Positions 1-11,623 of a DNA stretch of 64,000 nucleotides are shown here, piece after piece. The DNA lies in NCBI GenBank assembly GCA_964019425.1, contig OZ025782.1, positions 992,001 through 1,056,000 on the forward strand, in the 5' to 3' direction. The notes under the pieces are model-generated. The model did not search any database. It was not told where the DNA came from and saw only the letters and a program-made list of their open reading frames with translations. The stretch comes from Flectonema sp. DT1601 (lineage: Eukaryota). Positions within the stretch are counted from its first letter, which is position 1, and every line of letters begins with the position of its first letter. A program made the translations under genes and the position numbers.

Positions 1-1177
1 ACACCACTACGGTGATGTCATCTGCACGGCGGATGCACACTCTGCCGCAGGTGTGAGCGATTCCAACCAACTTTCCGTTTTTAGAACAAGTCATCGCTGT
101 GTGGACACCTCCAGTATACACCTCAACCTTCTGACGAATTGTTATAATCGGTGATCCAACTTCTTTAGCCCAACTCTTAACGTCTTCATCATCACTGCTG
201 AAAGGGTCGTCTGCTTCAGTACGACGATCACCAGTAACTTTTATTGAATAGACTTTTATAGTTTTCAAGGTTGTGGTAAACAACACTCTTCGATTCGGAT
301 GAAACACCAAATCCACGAAACTGCTGTTGGTAAGCCTCAGCTTAAAAACAACAGCTGTAGACTTACTCGTACTTTCCATTAATTTATTTCTTCTGGCACC
401 TGATGCATGAATATCATACGCCCTGTAAATGAACAGAGATCCCTGCGGTGTAATTGTAGCGACCAGAATTGGACAAGCTTGACGAGCTGATAGCTGATCA
501 GGATTATTTGTGTACGCATCACAGTTATGTAAAGGTGGAATAGAAACATCTATCGATCGGAAAATGTTGGAGGCCAACTGTTTACCTCCTTCAGGAAGTT
601 GCTGCTGAGGGGGGCTTGCCCAAAACTGACCACAACTATCTTTAGTAACGTAAAGGTCACCCGTTGGTGATATCATTACATTCGCACTTGGGGATATAGC
701 ACACATTGAATATAAAGGAAAACCTCCCTGAGGTAAGGAATCAACGATACCTCTAGCTAATACAATAATACCATCGCTCTTTGATCCTCCAGATATCTGA
801 AGGGACCACAGAAGGAATAGATTTGGTTTGTGGAGAGACACAATATAGATTTCATTTTTTGTAGTGTTACGAGTGTGCTTGCTTGCTGACACCAAGTCAC
901 CAACATCATTTGGGATTGTGGCCACTGCGACAGCAATTAGATCCAACACCTTAGTCAGAGATCTACGTCTTCGCTTTGACTCAAATATTCCGATAAATCT
1001 TTTCCCGCACATCAACACCTCTTCCCTCCCTTCTAACCACTCGCATGACTGAATGCCACCTTCGACTACAAAAGTTGTCCCTTCAGTCCCCCCCGACCTC
1101 CCACACTGTGAGATATTAAAACGAATTGCCTGCTCATTTCTTGAGGTCAGGGGATCTTTTGAGCGCTTTTTTCTCAT
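1..1177 (-). CDS. Hypothetical protein, partial (runs off window start), possibly beta-propeller/WD40-like
   Basis: Open frame from ATG 1177 (MRKKRSKDPL...) to the window edge, preceded by an in-frame TAA. Absent from the ORF track because no stop lies in the window. Strand-like segments such as FVDLVFHPNRRVLFTTTLKTIKVYSI and TAMTCSKNGKLVGIAHTCGRVCIR resemble propeller blades. Confidence 0.75.
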   Translation of the reverse strand, partial: MRKKRSKDPLTSRNEQAIRFNISQCGRSGGTEGTTFVVEGGIQSCEWLEGREEVLMCGKRFIGIFESKRRRRSLTKVLDLIAVAVATIPNDVGDLVSASKHTRNTTKNEIYIVSLHKPNLFLLWSLQISGGSKSDGIIVLARGIVDSLPQGGFPLYSMCAISPSANVMISPTGDLYVTKDSCGQFWASPPQQQLPEGGKQLASNIFRSIDVSIPPLHNCDAYTNNPDQLSARQACPILVATITPQGSLFIYRAYDIHASGARRNKLMESTSKSTAVVFKLRLTNSSFVDLVFHPNRRVLFTTTLKTIKVYSIKVTGDRRTEADDPFSSDDEDVKSWAKEVGSPIITIRQKVEVYTGGVHTAMTCSKNGKLVGIAHTCGRVCIRRADDITVVV

Positions 1178-1400
1178 CGTGTATTCCTCAGACACAACAA
1201 TACATTATTGGATTGTTGTCATTCTATTCAAGAGTTGAATTAATTATGAAGATCATCAGGTAATCAAATTAATAACAAAAATAATAAAAGAATTGAATTC
1301 GATATCACCATCATTGTTAAAGATGGTTCACATCGTGTAAATGAGAGTAATCACAAAAAGTATAAAAAGCAACTAGCTAAGCAGTAAAGAGAAAGTTAAC

Positions 1401-2714
1401 TTAATATCCTTCCGATGCATCACTACCTATTGAAAATGATTTATCTGTAAAACTATTATCATCAGTTGTCGATGAGTAAGATGATGACATTCGACTACCA
1501 GATGACAGCGATCGCAATGCGGAAGGAGATGGTGAAGGTGATTCTGAATTCTCATCTCCTTTATCTCCGATAGCGCAGTTCCTTCCCTTCGCAGTTGATT
1601 CAGACGGGGGTTCTCTTGTGTTTCTTACTTGTAAGATTGCAACAGTCGGTTCTCGTTGGGAGAAAGAACCTACACTCTGATTCTCTCCAACATGAGAACT
1701 ACAAGAAGTCTGCACAGCAGCATCAGAAAGAATCTGAGCAGATGGATGTTGTTTTTGTTCTGTAACTTTATCGTTCGGTACTTTCTTTACTTTTACTTTC
1801 CTCTTCTTTGATGTCGTAGTAGTTGTCGTCGTTTTCTTCAATTGCTGATGTCCAAATACGCATCTCGCAATCTTCTCCAGAGCTGCATTTGGCCGTCGGT
1901 AGCCCGATTGCTGTGCGCATTTCGGTGGTCTTTCCCGCAAAACACGCTTCTTTGGTGCTTTTTTCACCTTTGCTATTCCGGGGCAGGGCGCAAAATTGCG
2001 CCTTACCCGAGTGCAGAGCTGCTCTAGGGCCTGCAGGCGGCCGTTGTCACAGTTCTTAGCACAGGCAATGCAATTGTCCAGGGAAAGCCATCCCTTTTCT
2101 CGGATTTCAGGTCGAGTACTTGAAAGTTGAGCGATTGCTAATAAATACCAGGAAGTTGAAAAACTAGACTTCTGGAGATCAGACAAAGACAGCTGTCTTT
2201 CTAGTGCCTGAAGTGTGTTAATTGCAACATGTCCGCAGAAGATCGCCGTCTCTATGTCGCTTGCGGTCATTGGACTGACGTTTTGAACGATAGTGGCGCA
2301 TGTTTGCATTGCAGTCTCAGGAAGAGTGTGTCCAAAAACTATTTTTTCAGACTGCATCGCTGCTGAAAGTGACCTTACTAACTTGTCATACTCACCCAAT
2401 GCTTTATAAATTGTACTCCGTAAGTACAGAAGTAGTAATCTACTTTTGTTGACTGCCTCTTCATGACAGGCTACTAAAAAGATGCGATTCCGTTCTAAGA
2501 AATCATCGCATTTGTTAACATATTCGAGTGCAACGTCTCCCTGTCCACTTCGTAAGAAACTCATTGCGAAAGAACGATACTCACTTACTAGTAGTGATAG
2601 TACCTTACCAGCGTCACTGTTGGAGTATCCTTTTCGTACCATAATTAAATCTCTTTGAAGATCACATATCTTAGAAATAAACTCTCTCTGTGAGGGAGCA
2701 GCTGGTTCTTCCAT
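1401..2714 (-). CDS. Hypothetical protein (437 aa): helical, TPR-like N-terminal half; basic and Ser-rich disordered C-terminus
   Basis: Long ORF with TTCTTTCAATCAG 3 nt upstream of the ATG; amphipathic helical repeats (GDVALEYVNKC, LGEYDKLVRSLSAAM). Confidence 0.8.
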   Translation of the reverse strand: MEEPAAPSQREFISKICDLQRDLIMVRKGYSNSDAGKVLSLLVSEYRSFAMSFLRSGQGDVALEYVNKCDDFLERNRIFLVACHEEAVNKSRLLLLYLRSTIYKALGEYDKLVRSLSAAMQSEKIVFGHTLPETAMQTCATIVQNVSPMTASDIETAIFCGHVAINTLQALERQLSLSDLQKSSFSTSWYLLAIAQLSSTRPEIREKGWLSLDNCIACAKNCDNGRLQALEQLCTRVRRNFAPCPGIAKVKKAPKKRVLRERPPKCAQQSGYRRPNAALEKIARCVFGHQQLKKTTTTTTTSKKRKVKVKKVPNDKVTEQKQHPSAQILSDAAVQTSCSSHVGENQSVGSFSQREPTVAILQVRNTREPPSESTAKGRNCAIGDKGDENSESPSPSPSALRSLSSGSRMSSSYSSTTDDNSFTDKSFSIGSDASEGY

Positions 2715-3083
2715 GTGCTGATTGAAAGAATTGATATAACGATTATCGTTGTAATAGATATAGATACCTCACTCTTATGTGTACTAATCATTAATTGTTA
2801 TTAGTGCTGTAGGTGATGTGATATATAAGTCGGTTAATGATATTACTCAATAGTAGATTTTTAACTCAAACAGTTCTGTTGCTTTTTTTTTTTTTTTTTT
2901 TGCAAGTTCCGGATCGGAGAGGAAAGTGTGTTTTTTTTTTTTTTTTTTTTTTTTGAAAAAAGAGGAAAAAATAGAAGAAAAAAATGAATGAAATGCAAAA
3001 ATAAAAAACGCTTCTACTTGTCCAGCCAATGCAAGGCTAGACGAGTGGAAAATTTCAAGTAATAAACTTCTGAAAAACGGTTC

Positions 3084-3800
3084 ATGGGGTGGGTACAAGT
3101 TATACACCAACCTAGGTCAAGCTCATTAAAGAGCACAGATACTATCTTTGTGAGTGAAGGGATTGCTTCGATCAAATGTCTTTTGATCTCGCTTCCAATA
3201 CACCAACTCTCCAAGACGGATACCGAACTACCACTATCTATAGCAAACAGTCAACAGAAAGCACTAATTGAATACATGTTGTCTTTCAAGTGGTTCGATT
3301 TTTGTGATTGTCGATTCGATTGCCCTGAGGCAGCAGGGTATAAAGAACTTAACGACCTGAATGATTAATTCTAGTCTGTCAAATAATAGTTTTTTTTTTT
3401 TTTTGAATAGAAAATATAAGTAAAACCAACAAGGAGGACAGCTTAGGTTGTTGTAAGCTCTTCCACTATAGTATGCTAGGTGTGGAAAAAAAAAAAAAAA
3501 AAAAGAAAAAAACTCAGCAAGATATCAATCTCTTTAAAAAAGGTGCTTTGATTAGGACTCACAAAAAGTAATTTGCTGTCTTCTCAATTCAACTTAACTT
3601 ATCGAAGATTTTTTTTCTTAACATATTAGCACTGCAGAAGCTAAAGAAACGTTATCTGTTTTTAGAATTTTTTAATTTTTTTTTTTTTTTCATGTTGCAA
3701 TAGGGAGTTTTTTATTTGAAAATTCGATCAACAAATGACAAGTTAATTAAAACACAACCATCAAAAGAAAATATGCATCGAATTAACTTAACTAAATTAG
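3084..3800 (+). mobile_element. Decayed Penelope-like retroelement RT-core fragment
   Basis: Colinear degenerate motifs: TDTIFVS..IKCLLISLPI (cf. ILVSFDVxSLFTxIP); LIEYMLSFKWFDF.D.RF...EAAG (cf. LLExCLxxxYFxFxxxxYxQxxGxAMG); PL*YARC at ~3463-3485 (cf. PxxWxRYVDD); EAKETLSFLE at ~3637-3667 (cf. ExxxxLPFLD). Interrupted by stops, frameshifts and homopolymers. Confidence 0.42.
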
Positions 3801-5463
3801 TTATTAGAAATCACACCACACAACTTCTTCACAACCATTGGCAGTAAGGCAACACAATTGATTTTTTTTTTGTTTGTTTGTTTTGTTTTGTAGGAAAAAA
3901 AAAAAAAAAAAACACAAAAGAGAAAGAAAAAAATATATGAAATTGGGTTTAAAAAAAAAAAAAAGACATACGAGGCAATAAAAAAAAAAAAATAAAAAAC
4001 TACTGGTTTTTTTCAAGGGAAAAAAAAAAAAAAAAATTGTTTTAGTTTTGACTGTATATAATTGAATAATTCTACGAGACACAATCTGTATCATTACAGC
4101 TATATGTGTGTGATAGAAGGTAGTTTAGATAGTGAATAAAATGAATGTGAATAATAACATTGGGGTACACAAGACTTGGAAGAGAATATTGCTCTTTGCT
4201 CTTTTCATAACAATCACTCTGCGGGAAACAATGCAAACAAACAGAAAAAGAGAGAACGAAAGAAAGAAGACTACCAGGAGAACGAAACAAACAGTACACC
4301 TGCCAATACGACGAAGATTTAGAAAGAAATAAAAAATTGGAAAAAAGGTGAGAAAATCCTTTTTGCACAAAAAGCTGCAGCAGGTATTAAATTTATTAAA
4401 ATAGAAAAGAAAGATTGAAATGCGTGATATCTACGAGAGGGGTTCGCTCGAGGAGGAACTCAGCAACGAACGAAATAAACAAAGTGGAGTAAATTCCTTT
4501 ACGGATTGATGCTGAATTCGCAAGCATTAATGCAGGAGAGAAAAATAAAACCTGAGGTTTAATGAAACGGCATTACTGTCCTTTTATTTCCTCGAAAGGT
4601 TTTCACATTCATTCCAAATGTTGACATTAATATTTTCTTTTTGTTTGGTTACTTTATGGAGATTATCAGGTTATTCGAAAAATTGACAAGAAAACAACAA
4701 AAAAAAAAAAAAAAAAAAAAATTGACAATATTTTCTTAAATAACGACCATCTCAAAAGCATTAAAACCAGGAGCAAACGATTATACATCGCTGCGTATCT
4801 ATCACGAGTAATAAAAAACGCAAGAATAGTGAAATAAGATAAAGTCAGAATGAGACGACAGGGATGGCAATGGGTCTTTATAACACACGCTTTCTAACAC
4901 AGCAGTCGATCCTGAATGGATCACGGTGCGAATTAGTTATTTGTTAAAGTAAACTTCCAAACGGTAAACCCGATCGTCCAATCACTTGACTTTGGTCGGT
5001 AGTTGAAATAGAAAACCAAACATCTCGCAGGCAACTAACGCTGAGATCGCGTTTTGCCGCTGCGAATCGGAATGACTGATCCAAAGCGAGAGGAACAATT
5101 GTGAAAATACCAATTCAATACAAAAAAAAAAAAAAAAAACAATAAAGAAATGGGATAAGCAGGAGATAGTTAGTTCAGACCAACCACAAACACTGGAAGG
5201 GTCATTGAAAAAAGACTGCGAAAATAAAACTATAAACCACTAATAATAGTACGATAGAAATACTTTTTTGTTTTATCGAAATTCAGCGATATATTGCCAC
5301 CGCCGATAAAGTTTTGGTCCAACCGATAAAAGGAAACTATTGGATGAAGTAATTGATACATACGTTGATCAGCGACTAACCGAAAGAACCATTTAGTGGT
5401 TCTGGTTATATCACCGTCCCATTTCTAGGCGGAGGAATAGATTCGTTTGTCAACACACATAAC

Positions 5464-5494
<31 letters not shown>

Positions 5495-7235
5495 TATTAT
5501 CGCATGCGTTTGCAAAAATAAAAGAAAAAAAAAACAGAAACTGAAAAAAAAAAAAAAAGGAACTGAAAAAAAACCAATAAAGCCTTGCGGCCCTAATTAC
5601 ACCAACTCTCACCAAGCTGATTTCTGCAAGTATGGTACCTCTCTCTGGCTACCATCTATAGTTTTTAAGAAGAAACTTACCCTTACGGGAATTGGCTAGA
5701 ACTCATAAGAAAGAACAAAAAAAAAAAAAAATAATAATAATAATAGCTGACTTACAAAAAGTAATGATATCATTCCTTTACAGTTAATACCCCACAAGTG
5801 TTGTATTTACTTACCTCTTTCAACACAAGTCGTTTTGTTGCTATCTTCTAACGGATTTTATTAAAAAAAAAAAAAAAAAAAGGATCTTGTCCTTGGCGTT
5901 AAAACAGTCATAACACACATTTTTTATAATAAAAAGGTACAAGAAAACATGTCGTGACTTAATGGGGAAAAAAAAAAAAAAAAAAGAAAATCCGCTGAAG
6001 TAGGATAAAAAAGACTAAAAACTGAGCAGATGATGTCTGATTGTTGTAAAAAAAAAAGGAAAAAAAAAACGAAGCGGAAGAACCTTCCTATCGACCCCTT
6101 TTGACAACAAGAACCTGCATAGAAAGTAGTGAAGCAAGAAAACATAAGAGCGGCTGTAAATGAAATAAAATGACTGAACTACGTCATGAATGATAAAACA
6201 AAAGATAACAAAAAAAAAAAAAAAAAAATAAAAAAAAAAAATAAAAAATGATAAGTAAACTAAATAAAAAATATCCATTGTTGTTTTATTTTCTTCGAAT
6301 CCCAAATAACTAAAGCTCTCAACAGAGAGAGCACGCAAGTCGATATTGGTGTTAATTAGTGAGCGAGTCCAACGGACTACCGAGTATAGACACTCAAAGA
6401 GAATTGGGTAACTCTTCAGGGGTTTCCAATACTACGGTAGTACATTGAACTTAATCCCAAGTAGATTATTTTATTAGTTTCGACACGGGGCATTCTAATC
6501 AACAGATCTGTAGCCTCACCTTGACTGGAGTGTGTTGTGGTGACTGCCGTCTGAAAACAGAAAAAGTAAAACCAAAAAAGTAATGTTCGCATCTAATTAA
6601 CTAGACCACTATCACCTCACTTAGTCATCAAACAATCTTCCAGAGCAGTCAATTAACAAGTACTGTCGTAAAGAAATAGACGAACTGCAAGAATGCAGTA
6701 GTGAAGCGTGCGGCCATTAAGTCTTGTGTGGAGTGAGTGTGTTATCTTTCTTCAGACATTACCTCACACAGTACAGTCTTAAACATTTTGGAAGACTCTA
6801 TAGTACCGTAAAAAGGACACCTAAACTCGATATCGACTTTCTCTTCAGCGCTAAACTAAGATTGCAAAGGAAAGAAAAAACAGCAGCAATTCGATTATTT
6901 TATATATTTTCTTCGGGTGAAATTGATGCGCAACGGGGGGGGAAAAGGGCGCAAAAAAAAAGGGGAATTTTCAACTCGATTTCCATTCATTCAAAAGAGA
7001 CGGGTCAAAGGGCTAACTTAATCCTTGTCTGAATACTGTAAGTAATCAGAAAGTAAGTTAATTGGTTCATATCAGAAAGCTACCCTATCGTCGATTGATG
7101 ATAGAAGTAATTTGCAGGAGAACGAGAATATAAAAAAAAGGGTATAATCATGTTCGAACATTGTTTGCTCTGAAGACAAACAGTAGAAAAATATGTTCGA
7201 AACACTTCGTTTGTCTGCGGGCAAACGAGGATTGT

Positions 7236-7276
<41 letters not shown>

Positions 7277-7399
7277 CAAAATTGTAAAAAAAAAAAAAAA
7301 AAGAAAGAAAGGAAAGATTCGGGATCAGAGATTCACGATCTCCCAATGTTTGTCTAAATAAAGAAATGGCTTCGTGTGCAACCTGACTAACACGTCAAA

Positions 7400-7530
7400 G
7401 GAATTGCCCAACATGAGATGTTTGTATGAACTTCTCAGCCAATTTAAAACCTGTAGCTGATGGCAGTGTGCTGTCAACGATCTGAGCATATAAGAAAATG
7501 AAATAAGAACACTCGGCACACGGTTGAAAA
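7400..7530 (+). mobile_element. Possible decayed Penelope GIY-YIG endonuclease fragment
   Basis: Translates to ...CS*WQC...ENEIRTLGTRLK (RTLGTRLK at 7506-7529), resembling the Penelope CxxC..YIGETxRTLxTRLKEH motif. Confidence 0.3.
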
Positions 7531-7556
7531 TTACTTTTGTTGACAACGAAAAAAAG

Positions 7557-7587
<31 letters not shown>

Positions 7588-9183
7588 TTTGCGAATGCGA
7601 ATATTTTAGTTGGACGAATAAAGTTCCTTCTGATTCTGGTTCAGCGCTTTATCATGAGAAAACGTTAATCAACTGACTACGAATCTGCTTACAACTCAAT
7701 ATTATTATAATTATTATTATTTTCCCTATCAAAGTATCGCGCATTCATGTGCGCGGGTTGCATCGCTACACTATAGATGGCATCTGAACGCACTTTTTTT
7801 TAATTTCTTTTTATATCTTTTTTCTTTTCTTCCCATATTATAGGAATTCTTTAAATGAAAATATCTGTTTGTTTTGTTTTTTTTCCTTTTTTTTTTTTCC
7901 CTTTTTATTTCCATTCATTGACCTTAATGACCTGAATTCGTTATTTTCGAACTTTTCTTTTTTTTAAATCGGATGGCTTCTTGCATTGCAAGCTTTATCC
8001 TCCTTCCCTAGAAATCCCCGACGGGGGTCTACTACTGGACTCATCGTTTTTGCTCAACGACATTGCAGTGTTGTCGCTGCGGATTTCTTCCTTTGAGCTC
8101 CCCACAAAAATTGAAGAGGTTTTCTCGTTTTCTTTTTTTTGAAAATAAGAACTAGAAAAAGAGAATTGAGAAGCCATTCGATTTTATGCAAGAAAACTAA
8201 CTGGGGGTAATAAGGAATTTAGCGGAGGGAGGAAGGGTGGGGAGGGAGGGGAGAGAATAATAGACAAAAAAGGTTTCTTTTTTTTCCTATAAACAAAACT
8301 CATTCTGCAGTAACTAAACAAAAAGGACGAATGCGCAAGTAAGTTCTCAGTGAAATGCGTCCATGAGAAACAGAAAACACAAGATGCTCTCCTGCGTGTA
8401 AGAATAAGAATAGTTTTTTTTTTTTGCTTTTAACAGACACGCGCACATCTGAAAATTAAGACTAAAAGTAGAAAACAGTAAATCTCTTTGCAAGTACTAT
8501 TTGTAAGGAATAAATCCTTTATAAGATTTGAATACAGTCGTTAAGCGACTGAGTACTGCTACCACAAGTCAAACAGAGAAAACAACATAAGAAAGGGACA
8601 GAAGAGTGAGTGTGTTATCCAGTACGATCCGGCGTCTAAACAAGCAGAAGGGATAACGAGATTCGCAAAACCTAACTACAGTTTGACTGTGCTCGACTAG
8701 AAGAAGTCCGAGTTGGGTTTTCGGCTTTGGGACTTGTCTGTTGTTTAACAGAAATAAATAAAAGTATAAAGAAGAGTACAACTCTAATAGTTGAAATTCA
8801 ACAGGCGAATCCTGTTGACACCTCTTCATGAATAACAACAAAAGGAACAGATTTATTGTATTCTATAATTGTGTTGACAGTTCGAATACAACAAGAATCT
8901 TCCTCTCACTCATAAATGTTGTTTCGATATTACTTTGAGCTGTTTAAGTCAAGACCTGTTTGAGACAAGTCCTAATCATCAGCTGATGGATTTGGTTGAT
9001 TGCATTCGAAGAAATCAAAATATTGAATTACACAAAAGATACTATCTCAGTGTTGTGATATTCAACTTCTGCTGCTGAAGCTGAGAAAACGAGTTCCTGG
9101 CTGCTCGGTTTTGCAAAATTAAAATAATTTTGGGTAAAAAGCAGCCATCCTTTTTCTATTTCTCTACCAAACAGTGGGGTAGC

Positions 9184-10410
9184 TCAAAACGGAAGTGCCT
9201 GCTGCAGCCGAGTCCTCTTCGGTGAGGCAGCTGGTGACCCCGATGAGCGGTAAGATGGAGGCTTTGGAAGAACTGTTGGAGGGGAGTCTTTACGAGATAA
9301 GAAAGCATGACGTTTACTCGGAGAATTACGAGGAGACTTAGTGTGTGAAGTTGGGGGTGAAGCAGTAGTTGGTAAGGAACGAGGACTCCAAGAAAATGAA
9401 GAAGTACTACTCAATACGGGAGAGTGTGCTCTGGAACTAGACCTTTCATTAAGAGCTGAAGAAGTACCTCTAGGATCAGTGATGGCTCTAACTAAAGCAT
9501 TATGTCTTGGTGAGCCTGGCATTTCTATAGCTGACTGTCCTAATAATAAGTCCGCAGGGCACGTCGCTGATCTCGGAGGGGAGCGCATCAACTTTGGCGG
9601 TGAAGGTGACAGCGATGTCGTTACTTCAATTCGAGGCGCCTTCCTCTTCAGTTCGGATGCCATTTCCTTAACAGAAATAGTTTTCCATTCAAACTCAGGT
9701 CTGGTAGACATCAAGTCTTGAATATACTGACCAGCTGATATCAACTTCTCTGTTTGAGGTCTCTTTGCTGTCGCAATCTCCCACCAATTCAAAGAATTAA
9801 TATGCAATCGTATTTGACGAAGATCATCGATGTGTAATTTTAAAGTTGGGAGGTTCTCATGTTCCCACTGAAGGAGATCACCAAGGAATTCAGATCGTTT
9901 TGCTATGTAAGCAGCAGTGATTGCTTTCTTCTTGTCGCGGTCACTCGCAAGCTGTAGTTCGATTGAACTGTCAATAAGTCTTCGTGAGCCTTGTGGAAGT
10001 GGATGTGAAATGCTAGTTGAAGTTGTTGCTGAAGTCAAATTCTTGCGAAGCTTCTGTCTGAGTTTATGTTTCTTTTCCTTGTCGTTCTCAAGCCAACGAA
10101 GGAGTAGAACTCGGCTTCTTTTCTCTCTGACTTCCCGCATTCGTTTATACCATTGTTGTATAATTAACACTTTGTCGATATATCTTCTGAACCTAATTAG
10201 CATATACTTACCAGAGCTCGTTATGTTTCTTAGAAATCCTGCCATCACATCGCTAGCCTTTCTTGGATCACTCTCATTTGTAATTCTCTCTCGTATGTGA
10301 TATTTACTGAATACCCTTTCAAATTGATCTTGGTCTCTCGCTAATTTCTTATTAGCTGTTTTCAGGGATCGCTCGCTATTGTTAACTAACCATTCTAAGC
10401 TTGACGGCAT
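9184..10410 (-). CDS. Hypothetical protein (408 aa) with an IQ-like motif, coiled coil and Ser/Pro-rich tail
   Basis: Long ORF; KVLIIQQWYKRMREVR is IQ-like; many SP/SPR motifs in the C-terminus; CAG sites just upstream of the ATG. Confidence 0.8.
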   Translation of the reverse strand: MPSSLEWLVNNSERSLKTANKKLARDQDQFERVFSKYHIRERITNESDPRKASDVMAGFLRNITSSGKYMLIRFRRYIDKVLIIQQWYKRMREVREKRSRVLLLRWLENDKEKKHKLRQKLRKNLTSATTSTSISHPLPQGSRRLIDSSIELQLASDRDKKKAITAAYIAKRSEFLGDLLQWEHENLPTLKLHIDDLRQIRLHINSLNWWEIATAKRPQTEKLISAGQYIQDLMSTRPEFEWKTISVKEMASELKRKAPRIEVTTSLSPSPPKLMRSPPRSATCPADLLLGQSAIEMPGSPRHNALVRAITDPRGTSSALNERSSSRAHSPVLSSTSSFSWSPRSLPTTASPPTSHTKSPRNSPSKRHAFLSRKDSPPTVLPKPPSYRSSGSPAASPKRTRLQQALPF

Positions 10411-10487
10411 TTGCTGTGTTGCGCTGGATATTAATAATTAAAATAAGTTAATTTTACTTAATAAAAATCAACTTAAAACAACGCAAC

Positions 10488-10527
10488 AACAAGGCAAGTT
10501 CACAGAGAACAAGGCAAGTTCACAGAG
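10488..10527. repeat. Perfect 20-bp tandem duplication (AACAAGGCAAGTTCACAGAG x2)
   Basis: Directly visible; followed ~60 nt later by a (TAA)n-like tract. Confidence 0.9.
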
Positions 10528-10621
10528 GGTTAGCGAAGGCAGTCGGAACGATTGCAATGTCGTCAAGTGTCGGACAAACAAAAAAATAATAATAATAACA
10601 ATAATAATAATTGGTTCGATT

Positions 10622-11235
10622 TTATCTACCCATTGCTCTATTTCGATAATTCATTAATGACTTGAGGATTGCAGTAAAGGTCTCATTAACTCCACAATTA
10701 TGTTGTGAATTTACTTCATAAAACTCTCCCAGGTATGTATGCGCCACTGCTTCCCCTTCTTCTCTTGTCACTGGATCTGAACAATCATCTCCTACTTTAG
10801 TTGCTATAAAATATAAAGGAATTCCACGGACGGAACTGTCTAACAATTCCATCCAAAGTGGGATAGATTCAAATGATGTTCTCTTTGTCGTGTCGTACAC
10901 AACAACTGCACCACTTGAACCTCTTAGAATGGGATTGCTTATTGGACGAAATCTGATTTTTTGTTATTTGCAGAAGAACAATAATAACAATCATCAATAT
11001 ACCCTTTCCTGATAATATTTAAAACAAACCTGTCGTCGCCTCCCAAGTCCCAGAATTGAAGACGAACGTCCTCTCCTGAGAAGCACATGCATGGTCCGAG
11101 TTCGAACTCAACTCCGATAGTCGCAGGCATGTCTTTGTTGAACACAAATTTATCTTCCTGCGTGTAACGTTTCATTAGCGTAGTCTTACCAACACCCATA
11201 TCACCGAGTATAGGAACTTTCATAGATATCGGCAT
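10622..11235 (-). CDS. Divergent Rab-like small GTPase, 2 exons (11235-11030, 10952-10622)
   Basis: P-loop GDMGVGKT, switch I ATIGVEF, G3 WDLGG. The 77-nt intron 10953-11029 (GTTTGT...AAAAAATCAG) restores DRFRPISNPILRGSSGAVVVYD, a Rab-type RFRxxxxxYYRGAxGxxxVYD segment. Confidence 0.88.
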
Positions 11236-11312
11236 GTTGAGGTTAGGTTCCTGTAAAAATAGTTTTCTTTAAAGAACCATATTTTAATATTATTCATAAG
11301 ATGTATTATCTC

Positions 11313-11348
<36 letters not shown>

Positions 11349-11623
11349 TTCATCTGTACTTTTATTTGAAAAATAAGATAAAACAAAAAAAACTGTTTGT
11401 CCACTTAACACACAACTCTGACAACAATAATGAATTGATTTGTTTAAATGAAAATTGGCTGCCATTTTGAATAAACTTTTTAGATACGAAAAAGTCAGTT
11501 TAAAAGTGAACCTCTGCCTAACAACAGGGGAACACTGAGAAGAATAAGAAGCAATTGTTACGAACAAAACTTAACAGAGATTTTTGACAGATTCTAAGCA
11601 GACAAAAACATCAGAAAAAGTGT

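Noticed and set aside
2847..8841. Many short Phe- or Lys-rich ORFs in the ORF track (also in 13678-24222 and 50117-52163)
   Set aside because: Translations of poly-T/poly-A tracts with no domain signal.
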